DNA of 64,000 nucleotides, from contig JACQCH010000038.1 in the NCBI GenBank assembly GCA_016201735.1, forward strand, positions 19,948 to 83,947, written 5' to 3'. A program made the translations under genes and the position numbers. Each line of letters opens with the position of its first letter. Position 1 is the stretch's first letter. The stretch is from Candidatus Omnitrophota bacterium (lineage in GTDB: Bacteria; Omnitrophota; Gorgyraeia; 1-14-0-20-64-10). The notes beneath the pieces are model-generated. The model was not told where the DNA came from. It made no database searches and saw nothing but the letters and a program-made list of their open reading frames with translations. Shown here in pieces: positions 18,598 through 27,344 of the stretch.

Positions 18598-19284
18598 ATG
18601 CGCAGAAGATGTTTCCGGATCGTTCTGATTCTGCTGGTGTTCGCGGCCTTAAGCATGGTATCGTGGCCGGTAACTTATTCCGTCAATGGACTGTGCCGCC
18701 GTCTGGATGAACGGTCCGGGTGGCGTTTCTCGGTTGCCAGAGCGGCCTGGATTTTCTGGAAAGGTTTTGAGTTGAACGACCTGAAGGTTCAAGTTCCCGG
18801 GGGAGGGAAGATGCATTTCGTGAAGGTGTGGATCGCTCCTAAGCCCCTCTCCCTTCTTCAGGGGCGGGTGTATGCTCAATGCCGGCTCCAGGAAGGGAGG
18901 ATCGACCCGGGATCTTGGGGCATCCGAAACCCCCTTCTGGTGGAGATACTTTCTGCCGGCCCGGTCGTGAATGAAGGGTCCGCTCTCCTTCAAATCCAGT
19001 TAAACCAGATTCTGTTTCAGGAGCTCACACTGCAGGGTTCCATGCTCCGGCTGGAGAGGGGAGGAGGGTTGGTTGGGACGGATCAGGCCCATCTGGAGTT
19101 GAAGGGGGCGCTGGCGAGGAACCTTTTGGCTGAAATGAATTTGTTGAGCCGGGAGAGTCCGGGTGCTCCTTCCTGGGAGCCGTTTCAGTTCAGCCTTCGT
19201 GGTGGGTTTAGAAGTCCAGAGATCTCTTTCTCGTCCAGTTTTCGTTCCATTTCCTTGAAAAGCCGTGGAGAGCATAAACCATGA
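18598..19284 (+). CDS. Hypothetical membrane-anchored protein
   Basis: N-terminal TM LILLVFAALSMV; no confident domain. Confidence 0.45.
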   Translation: MRRRCFRIVLILLVFAALSMVSWPVTYSVNGLCRRLDERSGWRFSVARAAWIFWKGFELNDLKVQVPGGGKMHFVKVWIAPKPLSLLQGRVYAQCRLQEGRIDPGSWGIRNPLLVEILSAGPVVNEGSALLQIQLNQILFQELTLQGSMLRLERGGGLVGTDQAHLELKGALARNLLAEMNLLSRESPGAPSWEPFQFSLRGGFRSPEISFSSSFRSISLKSRGEHKP

Positions 19285-20042
19285 ATCGAGGTCTGGTCCT
19301 TATCCCTGTTTTGTCCATGTTGGCGCTGAGCAGTGCGGCCGGCTGCCGCGGAGGTTTTTCTACGCTTGAGCGGCCCAAGGGCCAGATTGAACTCCAGCAG
19401 CCGGAGCAGAAGGAAAAGGAGATCAAGCCGGTCATCATGGATCCGATGACGGCCGCCCTGTCCAAATCGGGAATCGATGTGACCATCCGGTACGCCACTC
19501 CGGATGAACTGGATCATTTCTTCGAGAAGAAAGAGGTGTTCGGAGTTCTCGCGGGGAAAAACCCTTACCCTCCTGGGACCCTCGTTTTCTACGTGAAGAT
19601 CGCCAATTTCAGCGGCAAGAAGATCAGGGTCAATCCCGAAGATTTTGTTCTTATCGACAATCTGAACATCCAGTATTCGGAGCTTTCGCCGGACAACATC
19701 TCGGCCATTTACGAGTCCAAGGCCAGTATGTTGAACTTTGCCAAGACCACTGGGGATTTGGCCCCAGGTCCCTACGGTCTGCCGCTCAAGGTGGCGGGGA
19801 CATTTGGCGGCGGAGGAGCCCGCAAGATGCATTACTTGATCAAGCAGGTCCGCTTGGCCGGGGGGGTCGTCCATCCGGGCATTGCGTACGATGGGTACGT
19901 GGCTTTTCCGCGCCCGCATCCCAACGCTGTCTCGGTCCGGCTCCTGATCGAGAATCTGAAGACAGACTTCAACGCGGCCGATCTCCCAGCCAGCGCGGTC
20001 GACTTTGAATTCCCATTCGGCATTAAAGAGCCCAAACAGTAA
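19281..20042 (+). CDS. Hypothetical lipoprotein
   Basis: Signal peptide with lipobox LSSAAGC. Confidence 0.5.
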   Translation: MNRGLVLIPVLSMLALSSAAGCRGGFSTLERPKGQIELQQPEQKEKEIKPVIMDPMTAALSKSGIDVTIRYATPDELDHFFEKKEVFGVLAGKNPYPPGTLVFYVKIANFSGKKIRVNPEDFVLIDNLNIQYSELSPDNISAIYESKASMLNFAKTTGDLAPGPYGLPLKVAGTFGGGGARKMHYLIKQVRLAGGVVHPGIAYDGYVAFPRPHPNAVSVRLLIENLKTDFNAADLPASAVDFEFPFGIKEPKQ

Positions 20043-23000
20043 GATCCTTCCCCCGGTGAAGTCCCGGGTTCTTCAGTCACTCAACTCCGAACAGCAGGAA
20101 GCCGTGCAGGCGACGGAAGGGCCGGTATTGATCCTGGCGGGGGCAGGGACCGGAAAGACCCGGGTCATCGCTCACCGGATCGCCTACCTGTTGGAGACAC
20201 ATCCGGACCTGACCCCCGCGAATATCCTGGCCTTGACGTTTTCCCGAAAGGCCTCTCAGGAAATGCTGGAGCGGGTAGAGGATCTCTTGGGCGGCACCGC
20301 GGATGAGTTGGAGGTCTTCACCTTCCATGGTTTTTGCCATCGCTTCATCCAGGATCACCCCCTTGAGGCGGGGATTCCTTCCCGGTTCCAGCTTCTTGAC
20401 CGGATTGAATCATGGATCTTCTTCCGGAAGCTCCTTCCCGAATTAAAGCTCGCCCTCTTCTGGAATTACGCCGACCCGACCGACTGCATCGACGGGTTCC
20501 TGCGGTTCATCAGCCGGGCCAAGGATGAGAGGGTCTCTCCCGAGGAGTTTTCGGCTTACGCGGAGAAGGTCGAGGATCCCCACGAGCGGGCCCGCTGCCG
20601 GGAAGTGGAGCGGGTCTACCGGACGGTCCAGGAAAGGATGCGAGCTTTGGGGGCGCTCGATTTTGGAGACCTGATCGTTCGGACCCTCGGGGCGCTTGAG
20701 CAGCGGCCTGTTCTTCTCGCGCAGCTTCAATCCAAGTATCGCTATATCCTGGTGGATGAATTCCAGGATACCAATGTGGCGCAGATCGCGCTCCTGGGAA
20801 TGCTCGCCGGCAAGGCGGGCAATCTTTGTGTGGTGGGGGACGACGACCAGGCGATCTATCGTTTCCGGGGCGCTTCTTTCGCAAGCTTCCTGTTGATGAA
20901 ACAAATGTTCCCCGGCTTGAAGACCATCCGGCTTACCCAGAACTACCGCTCCACCCCGCAGATCCTGGCCTCGGCTGACCGGCTGATCCGCCATAATGAA
21001 CCGGATCGATACGACCCCGAGAAGAGTTTATGCGCGCAGGCGCAAGGCGGGCTGCCCGTGGAGGCCGTGGTTTGCCGGGATGAGATGGATGAAACTCAGA
21101 AGGTGATCGAGACGATCCGGACCCTCGCGGGGAAGGAACCAGCCACGACTCAGAGCTTACAAGTGGTGCGGCCTCCTCCAGCCGCAGCCACGCGCCGGTG
21201 GGACCGGATTGCCGTCCTCTATCGGGCTCACAGCCACAGGGATCGGCTGGTGCAGGAATTGGACAAGGCGGGGGTTCCTTTTGTTGTTCATGGAGGAGCT
21301 GCCCTTTTTGATCAGATCGAGATCAAGGATCTGATCGCCTTCCTGCGGGTTCTGCTGGATCCTTCCGATTCGGTCCATCTGTTTCGGATTCTTTCGCATC
21401 CGATCTGGGGGATTCCCCCTGCCGATCTGATGGCGATCCCCCGGGCGGCGAAGGAACGTCGGATCTCCTTGATCGAGATGTTAAGGTCTGTCGGGGATCT
21501 GCCCGTCCAGCCGGCGACGCAAGGGGCGGCCTTGGAACTCTTGAGGGAGTTGGACGGCCTCCATCCCCGGGTGATCCGGGAGGGGGTTGGAACGTTGGTT
21601 CCGCGGGTTGTCGAGGAGACTTCCTTGCGGACGGTGTTCCGTCCAACCTCCGGATTTCCCGCAGCGGGGAGATCGGGAAATCCACTGATTTCTCTGGGGC
21701 GATTCCTTCGATTTGTCTACCGGTACAGTCAGACCCACCCGGGATCCGAGGAGTTAAGTTCCTTCCTCTGGTACCTGGATTCCTACCGGCAGGCGGGAGG
21801 GGACGGCCAGGAGGAAGAAGAAGAGATCGCCGGGAATCAGGTCCGTTTAATGACCATTCATCAGGCCAAGGGATTGGAGTTTGAATGGGTGATCCTCCTG
21901 GGGCTGGTTCAAGGGCGGTTCCCCGGGCGGGGCCGGCCGGAAGCGATTCCGTTTCCGGTGGAATTGATGAAGGAGCCGCTCCCTCAAGGGGATTACCATT
22001 TGCAGGAGGAACGCCGCCTCTGCTACGTCGCCTGCACTCGGGCGAGGCAGGGATTGTTTCTGATGACGCAGGAGCGTCTCTACCATCGGCCTTCCCTCTT
22101 TATCCGCCAGATGAGCGACCAGGCTCCGGCTGAGGAGTTTCAGTGGCGCCGGAGCGAGGGCCCGGCCGGAGCCGCCCCTCCCGCCGAATCCTCGGGGAGC
22201 GATTCCTTGGCGGCGGAACGGCATCTCCTGCAGATCCTCAAGGAGATCCGGGCGTTGGATCCAAAGGATGAGGCAGGGTTCTCGGAGCGGGCGCGCCGGA
22301 TGACGGATCTGACGGCGGGTTTATGGAAGGAGCGGGGATCCCAGCTTGAGGAGAAAGGCCCGAGCCCTTTTCCACTCCCGGCGAAATTCAGCTACACACA
22401 GCTGCAGACCTACCGGTACTGTCCCATGAAGTATCAATACAGCTACCTGTACCAGATCCCGGTGCGGCCGACTCCCCAGATGTTCTTTGGAATCGATCTT
22501 CACGGGTGTCTCGAAGGATTCTTCCGGAAGGTGATGGAAGGGCAGGTCCCTTCCCTGGAAGAACTGCTGGAATCTTTCCGGGGGGCCTTCGCCCCCGGCC
22601 GGTACGGGGAGCCGGTTCAGGAACAGGAATATCGCCGTCTGGGGATTGATCTGTTAACCTCCTTCTACAAAAAGAACGAGGGGGCCTTCGGGGTGCCGCT
22701 CTTCGTCGAGAAATCCTTCTCTCTTGCCATGGGGGATGCCTCGGTTCAAGGGGTGATCGACCGGGTGGATCCCCTGGGCGAAGGGGGGATTGAGATCATC
22801 GATTACAAGACCGGGAAGCCGAAATCGGATCTGGGACCGGACGATCAACTACAGCTCCAGCTGTACGCGTTGGCGTGCCGGGAGGTTCTTGGGCTTGTCC
22901 CCAAACGGTTAAGCCTCTATTTCCTCCGCAGCGGCGAAAAGCTTTCTTTCGAGCAGACGCCGGAAACATTGGAGTCCACCAGGAGCCAGGTCCAGGAGAT

Positions 23001-23100
23001 TGTGCGCGAGATCCGCTCCGGAGATTTTTCCCCCACCCCATCCCTGATGAAATGCCGTCGCTGCGACTTCCGGAATCTGTGCCCGGCCAGCATGGCATAG
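20005..23100 (+). CDS. UvrD-family helicase fused to C-terminal PD-(D/E)XK (RecB/Cas4-like, Cys-cluster) nuclease
   Basis: Walker A AGAGTGKTRV, UvrD motifs; C-terminal nuclease with YRYCPMKY...DYKTGKPK...QLQLY...CRRCDFRNLC; carries an in-frame 44-bp repeat. Confidence 0.85.
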   Translation: MNSHSALKSPNSKILPPVKSRVLQSLNSEQQEAVQATEGPVLILAGAGTGKTRVIAHRIAYLLETHPDLTPANILALTFSRKASQEMLERVEDLLGGTADELEVFTFHGFCHRFIQDHPLEAGIPSRFQLLDRIESWIFFRKLLPELKLALFWNYADPTDCIDGFLRFISRAKDERVSPEEFSAYAEKVEDPHERARCREVERVYRTVQERMRALGALDFGDLIVRTLGALEQRPVLLAQLQSKYRYILVDEFQDTNVAQIALLGMLAGKAGNLCVVGDDDQAIYRFRGASFASFLLMKQMFPGLKTIRLTQNYRSTPQILASADRLIRHNEPDRYDPEKSLCAQAQGGLPVEAVVCRDEMDETQKVIETIRTLAGKEPATTQSLQVVRPPPAAATRRWDRIAVLYRAHSHRDRLVQELDKAGVPFVVHGGAALFDQIEIKDLIAFLRVLLDPSDSVHLFRILSHPIWGIPPADLMAIPRAAKERRISLIEMLRSVGDLPVQPATQGAALELLRELDGLHPRVIREGVGTLVPRVVEETSLRTVFRPTSGFPAAGRSGNPLISLGRFLRFVYRYSQTHPGSEELSSFLWYLDSYRQAGGDGQEEEEEIAGNQVRLMTIHQAKGLEFEWVILLGLVQGRFPGRGRPEAIPFPVELMKEPLPQGDYHLQEERRLCYVACTRARQGLFLMTQERLYHRPSLFIRQMSDQAPAEEFQWRRSEGPAGAAPPAESSGSDSLAAERHLLQILKEIRALDPKDEAGFSERARRMTDLTAGLWKERGSQLEEKGPSPFPLPAKFSYTQLQTYRYCPMKYQYSYLYQIPVRPTPQMFFGIDLHGCLEGFFRKVMEGQVPSLEELLESFRGAFAPGRYGEPVQEQEYRRLGIDLLTSFYKKNEGAFGVPLFVEKSFSLAMGDASVQGVIDRVDPLGEGGIEIIDYKTGKPKSDLGPDDQLQLQLYALACREVLGLVPKRLSLYFLRSGEKLSFEQTPETLESTRSQVQEIVREIRSGDFSPTPSLMKCRRCDFRNLCPASMA
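21146..21189 (+). repeat. 44-bp intragenic in-frame repeat, copy C (in UvrD-nuclease gene)
   Basis: CGACTCAGAGCTTACAAGTGGTGCGGCCTCCTCCAGCCGCAGCC; encodes TTQSLQVVRPPPAAA. Confidence 0.75.
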
Positions 23101-23134
23101 CGCTGGTATTTTCGAGGGGAGGATGGTATAGTAA

Positions 23135-23698
23135 ATGGCCATGCAACCGGAGTTATTTCGAGATTTAGAAGGGGAGGCCCAACTTAAAAGGGGACATCCG
23201 CCCCTCTTTCCACACCAATATTTGCGGGTTCGGGTGGCCTATGAAGATTTGATCTTCTCGGGTTTAAGCCTGGTCTTGATTCTGTTGGCTGGGTTCTGCA
23301 TGGGGGTCGAGCGGGGGAAGCGGTTATCGGGGAATCCTGTTCAGGAGATTCCCGCGGCTTCCGCGCAGATGAAACCGGTGAATCTTCCGGTCGGCCCGAT
23401 CGCTCAGGTTTCCGTGGAACCGCAGCGTCCCCTTAGGGCGGTTGTCGCCGGGAGTGGGAAGGAGTTGGGCGGCGGCTCCTACGTCATTCAGTTGGCCAGC
23501 TATTTCGACGCTCGGGCCGCGGAGGAAGAGTCGCAGCGCCTGCGCCGGCAGAGGTTCGACGCCCGGGTGGTAAAACAGGGGAAATATTTTGAGCTGCGCG
23601 TGGTAGGGTATCGGGCCCGGGCGGAGGCGCTGAACGCCTTGCCGGCCTTGAAGAGGACCTATCAGGACGGGTTTATCAAGCGGGTTTCTTCCGGATAA
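23135..23698 (+). CDS. SPOR domain protein
   Basis: TM anchor then C-terminal SPOR-like YVIQLASY...RVVGYRARAEA. Confidence 0.65.
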   Translation: MAMQPELFRDLEGEAQLKRGHPPLFPHQYLRVRVAYEDLIFSGLSLVLILLAGFCMGVERGKRLSGNPVQEIPAASAQMKPVNLPVGPIAQVSVEPQRPLRAVVAGSGKELGGGSYVIQLASYFDARAAEEESQRLRRQRFDARVVKQGKYFELRVVGYRARAEALNALPALKRTYQDGFIKRVSSG

Positions 23699-23707
23699 AA
23701 ACCGAAC

Positions 23708-24070
23708 ATGTCCATCCATTCGAGTCTTAAGTCTGCAGCGACCATGAAGCGGCACCGCTCCGTCCTTTCCCGGTTGGAGCGCGTGAGGCTGCTGCAGGAA
23801 GAGGGTGATTGGGACCTTGAGAAGAGTTCCATCTTGGGTTTGCCCAAGGTCAAGCATTTGAAGATTCGGGTGAGGAAAGAAAAGGCAGCGGCTCCTGCGG
23901 CGGGGACGGCCGCTCCAGGGACCGCCGCGGGTGCAGCGGCTCCCGCGGCTCCTGCTTCCGGGAAAGCGGCCGCAAAGGCCCCTTCCTCCCCGAAGGCTCC
24001 CGCCTCTGCGAAAGCTGCCGGCGCTCAAGCCAAGCCGGAAGCCGGGGCTCCTGCAAAAAAGAAGGAGTGA
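23708..24070 (+). CDS. Small basic protein with Ala/Pro/Lys-rich tail
   Basis: N-terminal MSIHSSLKS...KRHRSVLSRLERV resembles the 'small basic protein' family; low-complexity AKP tail. Confidence 0.45.
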   Translation: MSIHSSLKSAATMKRHRSVLSRLERVRLLQEEGDWDLEKSSILGLPKVKHLKIRVRKEKAAAPAAGTAAPGTAAGAAAPAAPASGKAAAKAPSSPKAPASAKAAGAQAKPEAGAPAKKKE

Positions 24071-24078
24071 AGTTTCTC

Positions 24079-24401
24079 CCCTGGCAACAATAGAGGAATT
24101 TCGGCTCCTTCAACTGAAGGTAGCCACCATCTTGGAAGCCAAGGCGCATCCCAACGCCGACAAGCTGCTGGTCTTGAAGGTGGATACCGGAGAATCTCAG
24201 AAGGAAATCGTCGCTGGCATTGCCCGTCACTACAATCCCGAGGATCTGCTCAACAAACGGATCGTCATTGTCGACAATCTCGAGCCGGCCACGATCCGTG
24301 GCGTGATCTCAAACGGGATGCTGCTGGCCGCCCAGGACGGAGAGAAGCTGTCCCTGATTGTTCCTGAGCGCCCCGTCGCGTCTGGGTCCAAGGTTCAGTG
24401 A
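24079..24401 (+). CDS. tRNA-binding protein (CsaA/EMAP-like OB fold)
   Basis: FRLLQLKVATILEAKAHPNADKLLVLKVDTGE...NGMLLA; no canonical in-frame start seen (start uncertain); stop TGA is the left flank of element copy 3. Confidence 0.65.
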
Positions 24402-24541
24402 CCCCGCCCCTCCGGAGTATGCCCTCGGCAGAGAAGGGGGGATCTTCACAATTTGAGTGGGAGATAGCCGAGGGCATCCGTGCCTTCGGCACAGCGCTTC
24501 CATCCCTGCAGGGATGGAAGCGAAACTCCGGAGGGGCGGGG
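24402..24541. repeat. TGA-flanked palindromic intercistronic element, copy 3 (17-bp TIR CCCCGCCCCTCCGGAGT; TGA at 24399-24401 and 24542-24544)
   Basis: Perfect TIR; interior has three hairpins: ATGCCCTCGGC...GCCGAGGGCAT, GTGCCttcgGCAC (UUCG tetraloop), CGCTTCCATCCCTGCAGGGATGGAAGCG. Confidence 0.75.
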
Positions 24542-25167
24542 TGACGATGGAATCCGTCGTCGGTTTTCTCCTGCTGTTCCCGATCTTCATGGCGGCGGTG
24601 GTTGTCCACGAGGTCAGCCATGGCTGGGTGGCGTTGGCCTTGGGAGACCGGACCGCCCTGGCGGCCGGCCGCCTGACCCTGAATCCTTTCAAGCATATGG
24701 ACCCGATCGGGACGGTGGCTCTTCCGCTCATGCTTACGCTGATCCGTTCCCCATTTGTTTTTGGCTGGGCCAAACCGGTGCCCGTGAATTTCATGAACCT
24801 GCGCCGCCCGAAGAGAGACATGCTCTGGGTCGGGGCCGCGGGTCCGGCGGCAAATTTCACTCTGGCGGCAGCGGTCGCTTTTCTTCTAAGAGGGCTCGGA
24901 TCCGCTCTGCCTCTTTGGGCGATTGGGGCCGCCAAGTATCTGATCCTGATCAATCTGATTTTGGGGGTGTTTAATCTGATCCCCATTCCTCCTCTGGATG
25001 GTTCCCGGATTCTCACGGGCCTGCTCCCCTCCCGTTTTGCGAGGGAGGTTCTCCTTCTGGAGCGGTGGGGAACGGTTCTGGTGGTGATCCTGCTTCTCAT
25101 GGGTCTTCTCGATCGGGTTCTTCTGCCGGCGGTCTCCTTTCTCGCTCGGCTGCTGGGGATCTCATGA
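24541..25167 (+). CDS. Site-2 protease family (peptidase M50) membrane protein
   Basis: HEVSHGWVALALGD HExxH motif in TM helix; start either GTG 24541 (element-supplied, SD GGAGG 24530) or ATG 24547. Confidence 0.8.
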   Translation: MTMESVVGFLLLFPIFMAAVVVHEVSHGWVALALGDRTALAAGRLTLNPFKHMDPIGTVALPLMLTLIRSPFVFGWAKPVPVNFMNLRRPKRDMLWVGAAGPAANFTLAAAVAFLLRGLGSALPLWAIGAAKYLILINLILGVFNLIPIPPLDGSRILTGLLPSRFAREVLLLERWGTVLVVILLLMGLLDRVLLPAVSFLARLLGIS

Positions 25168-26282
25168 GTGCGCGTCGGCTCTATTTCCCAAGCCGGGTTC
25201 CGGTCCGCCTGGGGTCCCGCCGTTATGATGTCCTGATTGGGAGCGGGCAGGTGGATCGTTTTCTCCCCGAGGTCCGTCGTCTGCGGTGCGGGACCCATCC
25301 GGTTGTCTTAAGCAACCCCCCCATTTTGGAGAAACACGGCCGCTCCATCGTCAAGGCCCTGTCGCGCGGCGGCTTTCCGGTTCGCACCCTGACCGTTGCC
25401 GACACGGAGCGAAGCAAAAGTTTAGAGACCCTGGGCCGCCTCTTGCAGGGGTTGGCCGATCTGGATGGGCCGGGGAAGCGTCTCTTCTTGGTTCTCGTCG
25501 GAGGAGGAGTGGTGGGAGATGTCGGGGGGCTGGTTGCCGGTCTCTACCGGAGGGGCATTCCGTACCTGCAGGTTCCGACGACCCTGCTGGCTCAAGTGGA
25601 TTCTTCGATCGGTGGAAAGACGGCGGTGGATCTTCCCCAGGGAAAGAACTTAGCCGGCCTTTTTTATCAGCCCCGCCTGGTCTTTATTGAGTTGGAATTT
25701 TTGCGCACCCTTCCCGCCCGGATCTTTTGTTCCGGCCTGGCGGAAGCGGCAAAATGCGGGGTGATTCGAGACCCGGCCCTTTTCGCTTTTCTGGAGGAGA
25801 CCTCGGTTTTGGAACTCCGTGAGTCCCAGGAAAAGTTGGGGTGGCTGGTCTCGCGGGCCGTGCAGGTCAAGGCGTCGGTCGTTGAGGCGGACGAACGGGA
25901 GACCCTCGGCATCCGGACTGCTTTAAATTTCGGCCACACGTTCGGCCACGCCCTTGAAGCGGCAACCCACTACGCGGGGACCGTCACGCATGGAGAGGCC
26001 GTCGCGGTGGGGATGCGGGTGGCGGCGGAGATCGCCCGTCGTTTAAGGATGATCGGATCTTCCGATGCCGACCGGATCCGGCGGCTTCTCGAACATTTAG
26101 GACTGCCCACGACCGTTCATGGAGTTCCTCTCTCTCGGATCCTTCAGGCGATGTCTCACGATAAGAAATGGAGCGCCGGCCGCAGCTGGGTCCTTCCGAC
26201 GAGGATCGGCCGGGTGGCGGTCGTCAGGGGAGTGGCGCAGCGGCTGGTTCGGGCTGCCGTTCAAACGGTTTTGGAGGAATAG
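25164..26282 (+). CDS. aroB: 3-dehydroquinate synthase
   Basis: GGGVVGDVGG...DSSIGGKTAVD...NFGHTFGHALE; ATG 25164 overlaps M50 stop (ATGA). Confidence 0.9.
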   Translation: MSARRLYFPSRVPVRLGSRRYDVLIGSGQVDRFLPEVRRLRCGTHPVVLSNPPILEKHGRSIVKALSRGGFPVRTLTVADTERSKSLETLGRLLQGLADLDGPGKRLFLVLVGGGVVGDVGGLVAGLYRRGIPYLQVPTTLLAQVDSSIGGKTAVDLPQGKNLAGLFYQPRLVFIELEFLRTLPARIFCSGLAEAAKCGVIRDPALFAFLEETSVLELRESQEKLGWLVSRAVQVKASVVEADERETLGIRTALNFGHTFGHALEAATHYAGTVTHGEAVAVGMRVAAEIARRLRMIGSSDADRIRRLLEHLGLPTTVHGVPLSRILQAMSHDKKWSAGRSWVLPTRIGRVAVVRGVAQRLVRAAVQTVLEE

Positions 26283-26285
26283 AAA

Positions 26286-27019
26286 TCTTCTTTCATTCGG
26301 GGGTCTCTCCGGAGCGGGCAAAGCAGCTTCATCGGCTTGAGAGGGTCTTGGGTCTGCGCTTTCGCCGCCTGAGTCTCCTTAACCAGGCGCTGGTTCACCG
26401 TTCCTACATGCAGACGGCCAAACCCGGTTCGGTCAAGGGAGATAATGAGACGATGGAGTTTCTCGGCGATGCGATATTGGGCCTGGTAATTTCAGAGGAG
26501 TTGTACCGGCTTTATCCGGTTTCCGAAGTGGGGGAGCTGGCGAAGGTCAAGGCACAGGTTGTTTCCCGGGCCACCTTGGGCGAGATCGCCAGCGGGATGG
26601 GACTCGACCAATGGATTCTTTTGGGGCCCGGAGAGACCGCGCACGGGGAGGGCCGGAGGACATCGGTGATCGGATCCACCCTTGAGGCGGTTTTAGGGGC
26701 CCTTTATCTGGATCGGGGATTGGTTCCTACCGCCCGGCTGATCCGGCGCCTGTTTCAACACCAGATTAAAGCGGTGGAGGCCGGGGACCTGGCGGCGGAC
26801 TATAAGTCTCTCCTTCAGGAGTACGTTCTTCGCTATTTCAAGGCGGCCCCGGAGTACCGGGTGATTGAAGAGAGCGGCCCCGGCCACCGACGGCGTTTCC
26901 AGGTGGCCGTCGGCTGGCGGGGGAAATCGTACGGGCAGGGAGTGGGCCCAAGCAAGAAGATGGCGAGCCAAGAAGCGGCCCGGGTTGCGCTGGAACATCT
27001 CCTGGCTCCCTTGTCTTGA
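26286..27019 (+). CDS. rnc: Ribonuclease III
   Basis: ALVHRSY...ETMEFLGDAILGLVISEELY catalytic signature plus C-terminal dsRBD; start unclear (frame open back into aroB, no obvious canonical start near the expected N-terminus). Confidence 0.8.
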
Positions 27020-27071
27020 CAGAGCCAATTTCTTTAAGTACCATAGTTTAATTTCTCTGGGAGGGCTAGGT

Positions 27072-27344
27072 ATGCCAGAAACAACTCCGCTGGGTGAGGA
27101 AATGGGTTTCGTGGTCAGCTTCTTTTCCGTTCCGAGTGCCGCCCTCATTGAAATCACCAAGGGCTCTTTGAAATTGGGCGATACGATCTGGATTCGGGGT
27201 CATACGACCGATCTCAAAGAGACCATTCGCTCCATGCAGATTGAGCGTGAGGTCATTACAGAGGGGAAGGTTGGGCAGCAAGTGGGGGTGAAGGTTTCCG
27301 CCAGGGTAAGAAGACACGACAAGGTATACAAGATTTCTTCTTAA
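27072..27344 (+). CDS. Hypothetical small beta-barrel protein
   Basis: ~90 aa from internal ATG; ORF-track start 26865 overlaps the rnc 3' end. Confidence 0.4.
   Translation: MPETTPLGEEMGFVVSFFSVPSAALIEITKGSLKLGDTIWIRGHTTDLKETIRSMQIEREVITEGKVGQQVGVKVSARVRRHDKVYKISS

Noticed and set aside
13665-21189. 44-bp repeats as a CRISPR array or spacer targets
   Set aside because: Copies are tens of kb apart, on both strands, inside ORFs. There are no regularly spaced direct repeats and no cas genes.
23880-24060. Ala/Pro/Lys-rich repeat region as a tandem-repeat element
   Set aside because: It is an in-frame low-complexity protein tail (AAPAAGTAAPGTAAGAAAPAAP...), not a DNA-level tandem repeat of defined period.
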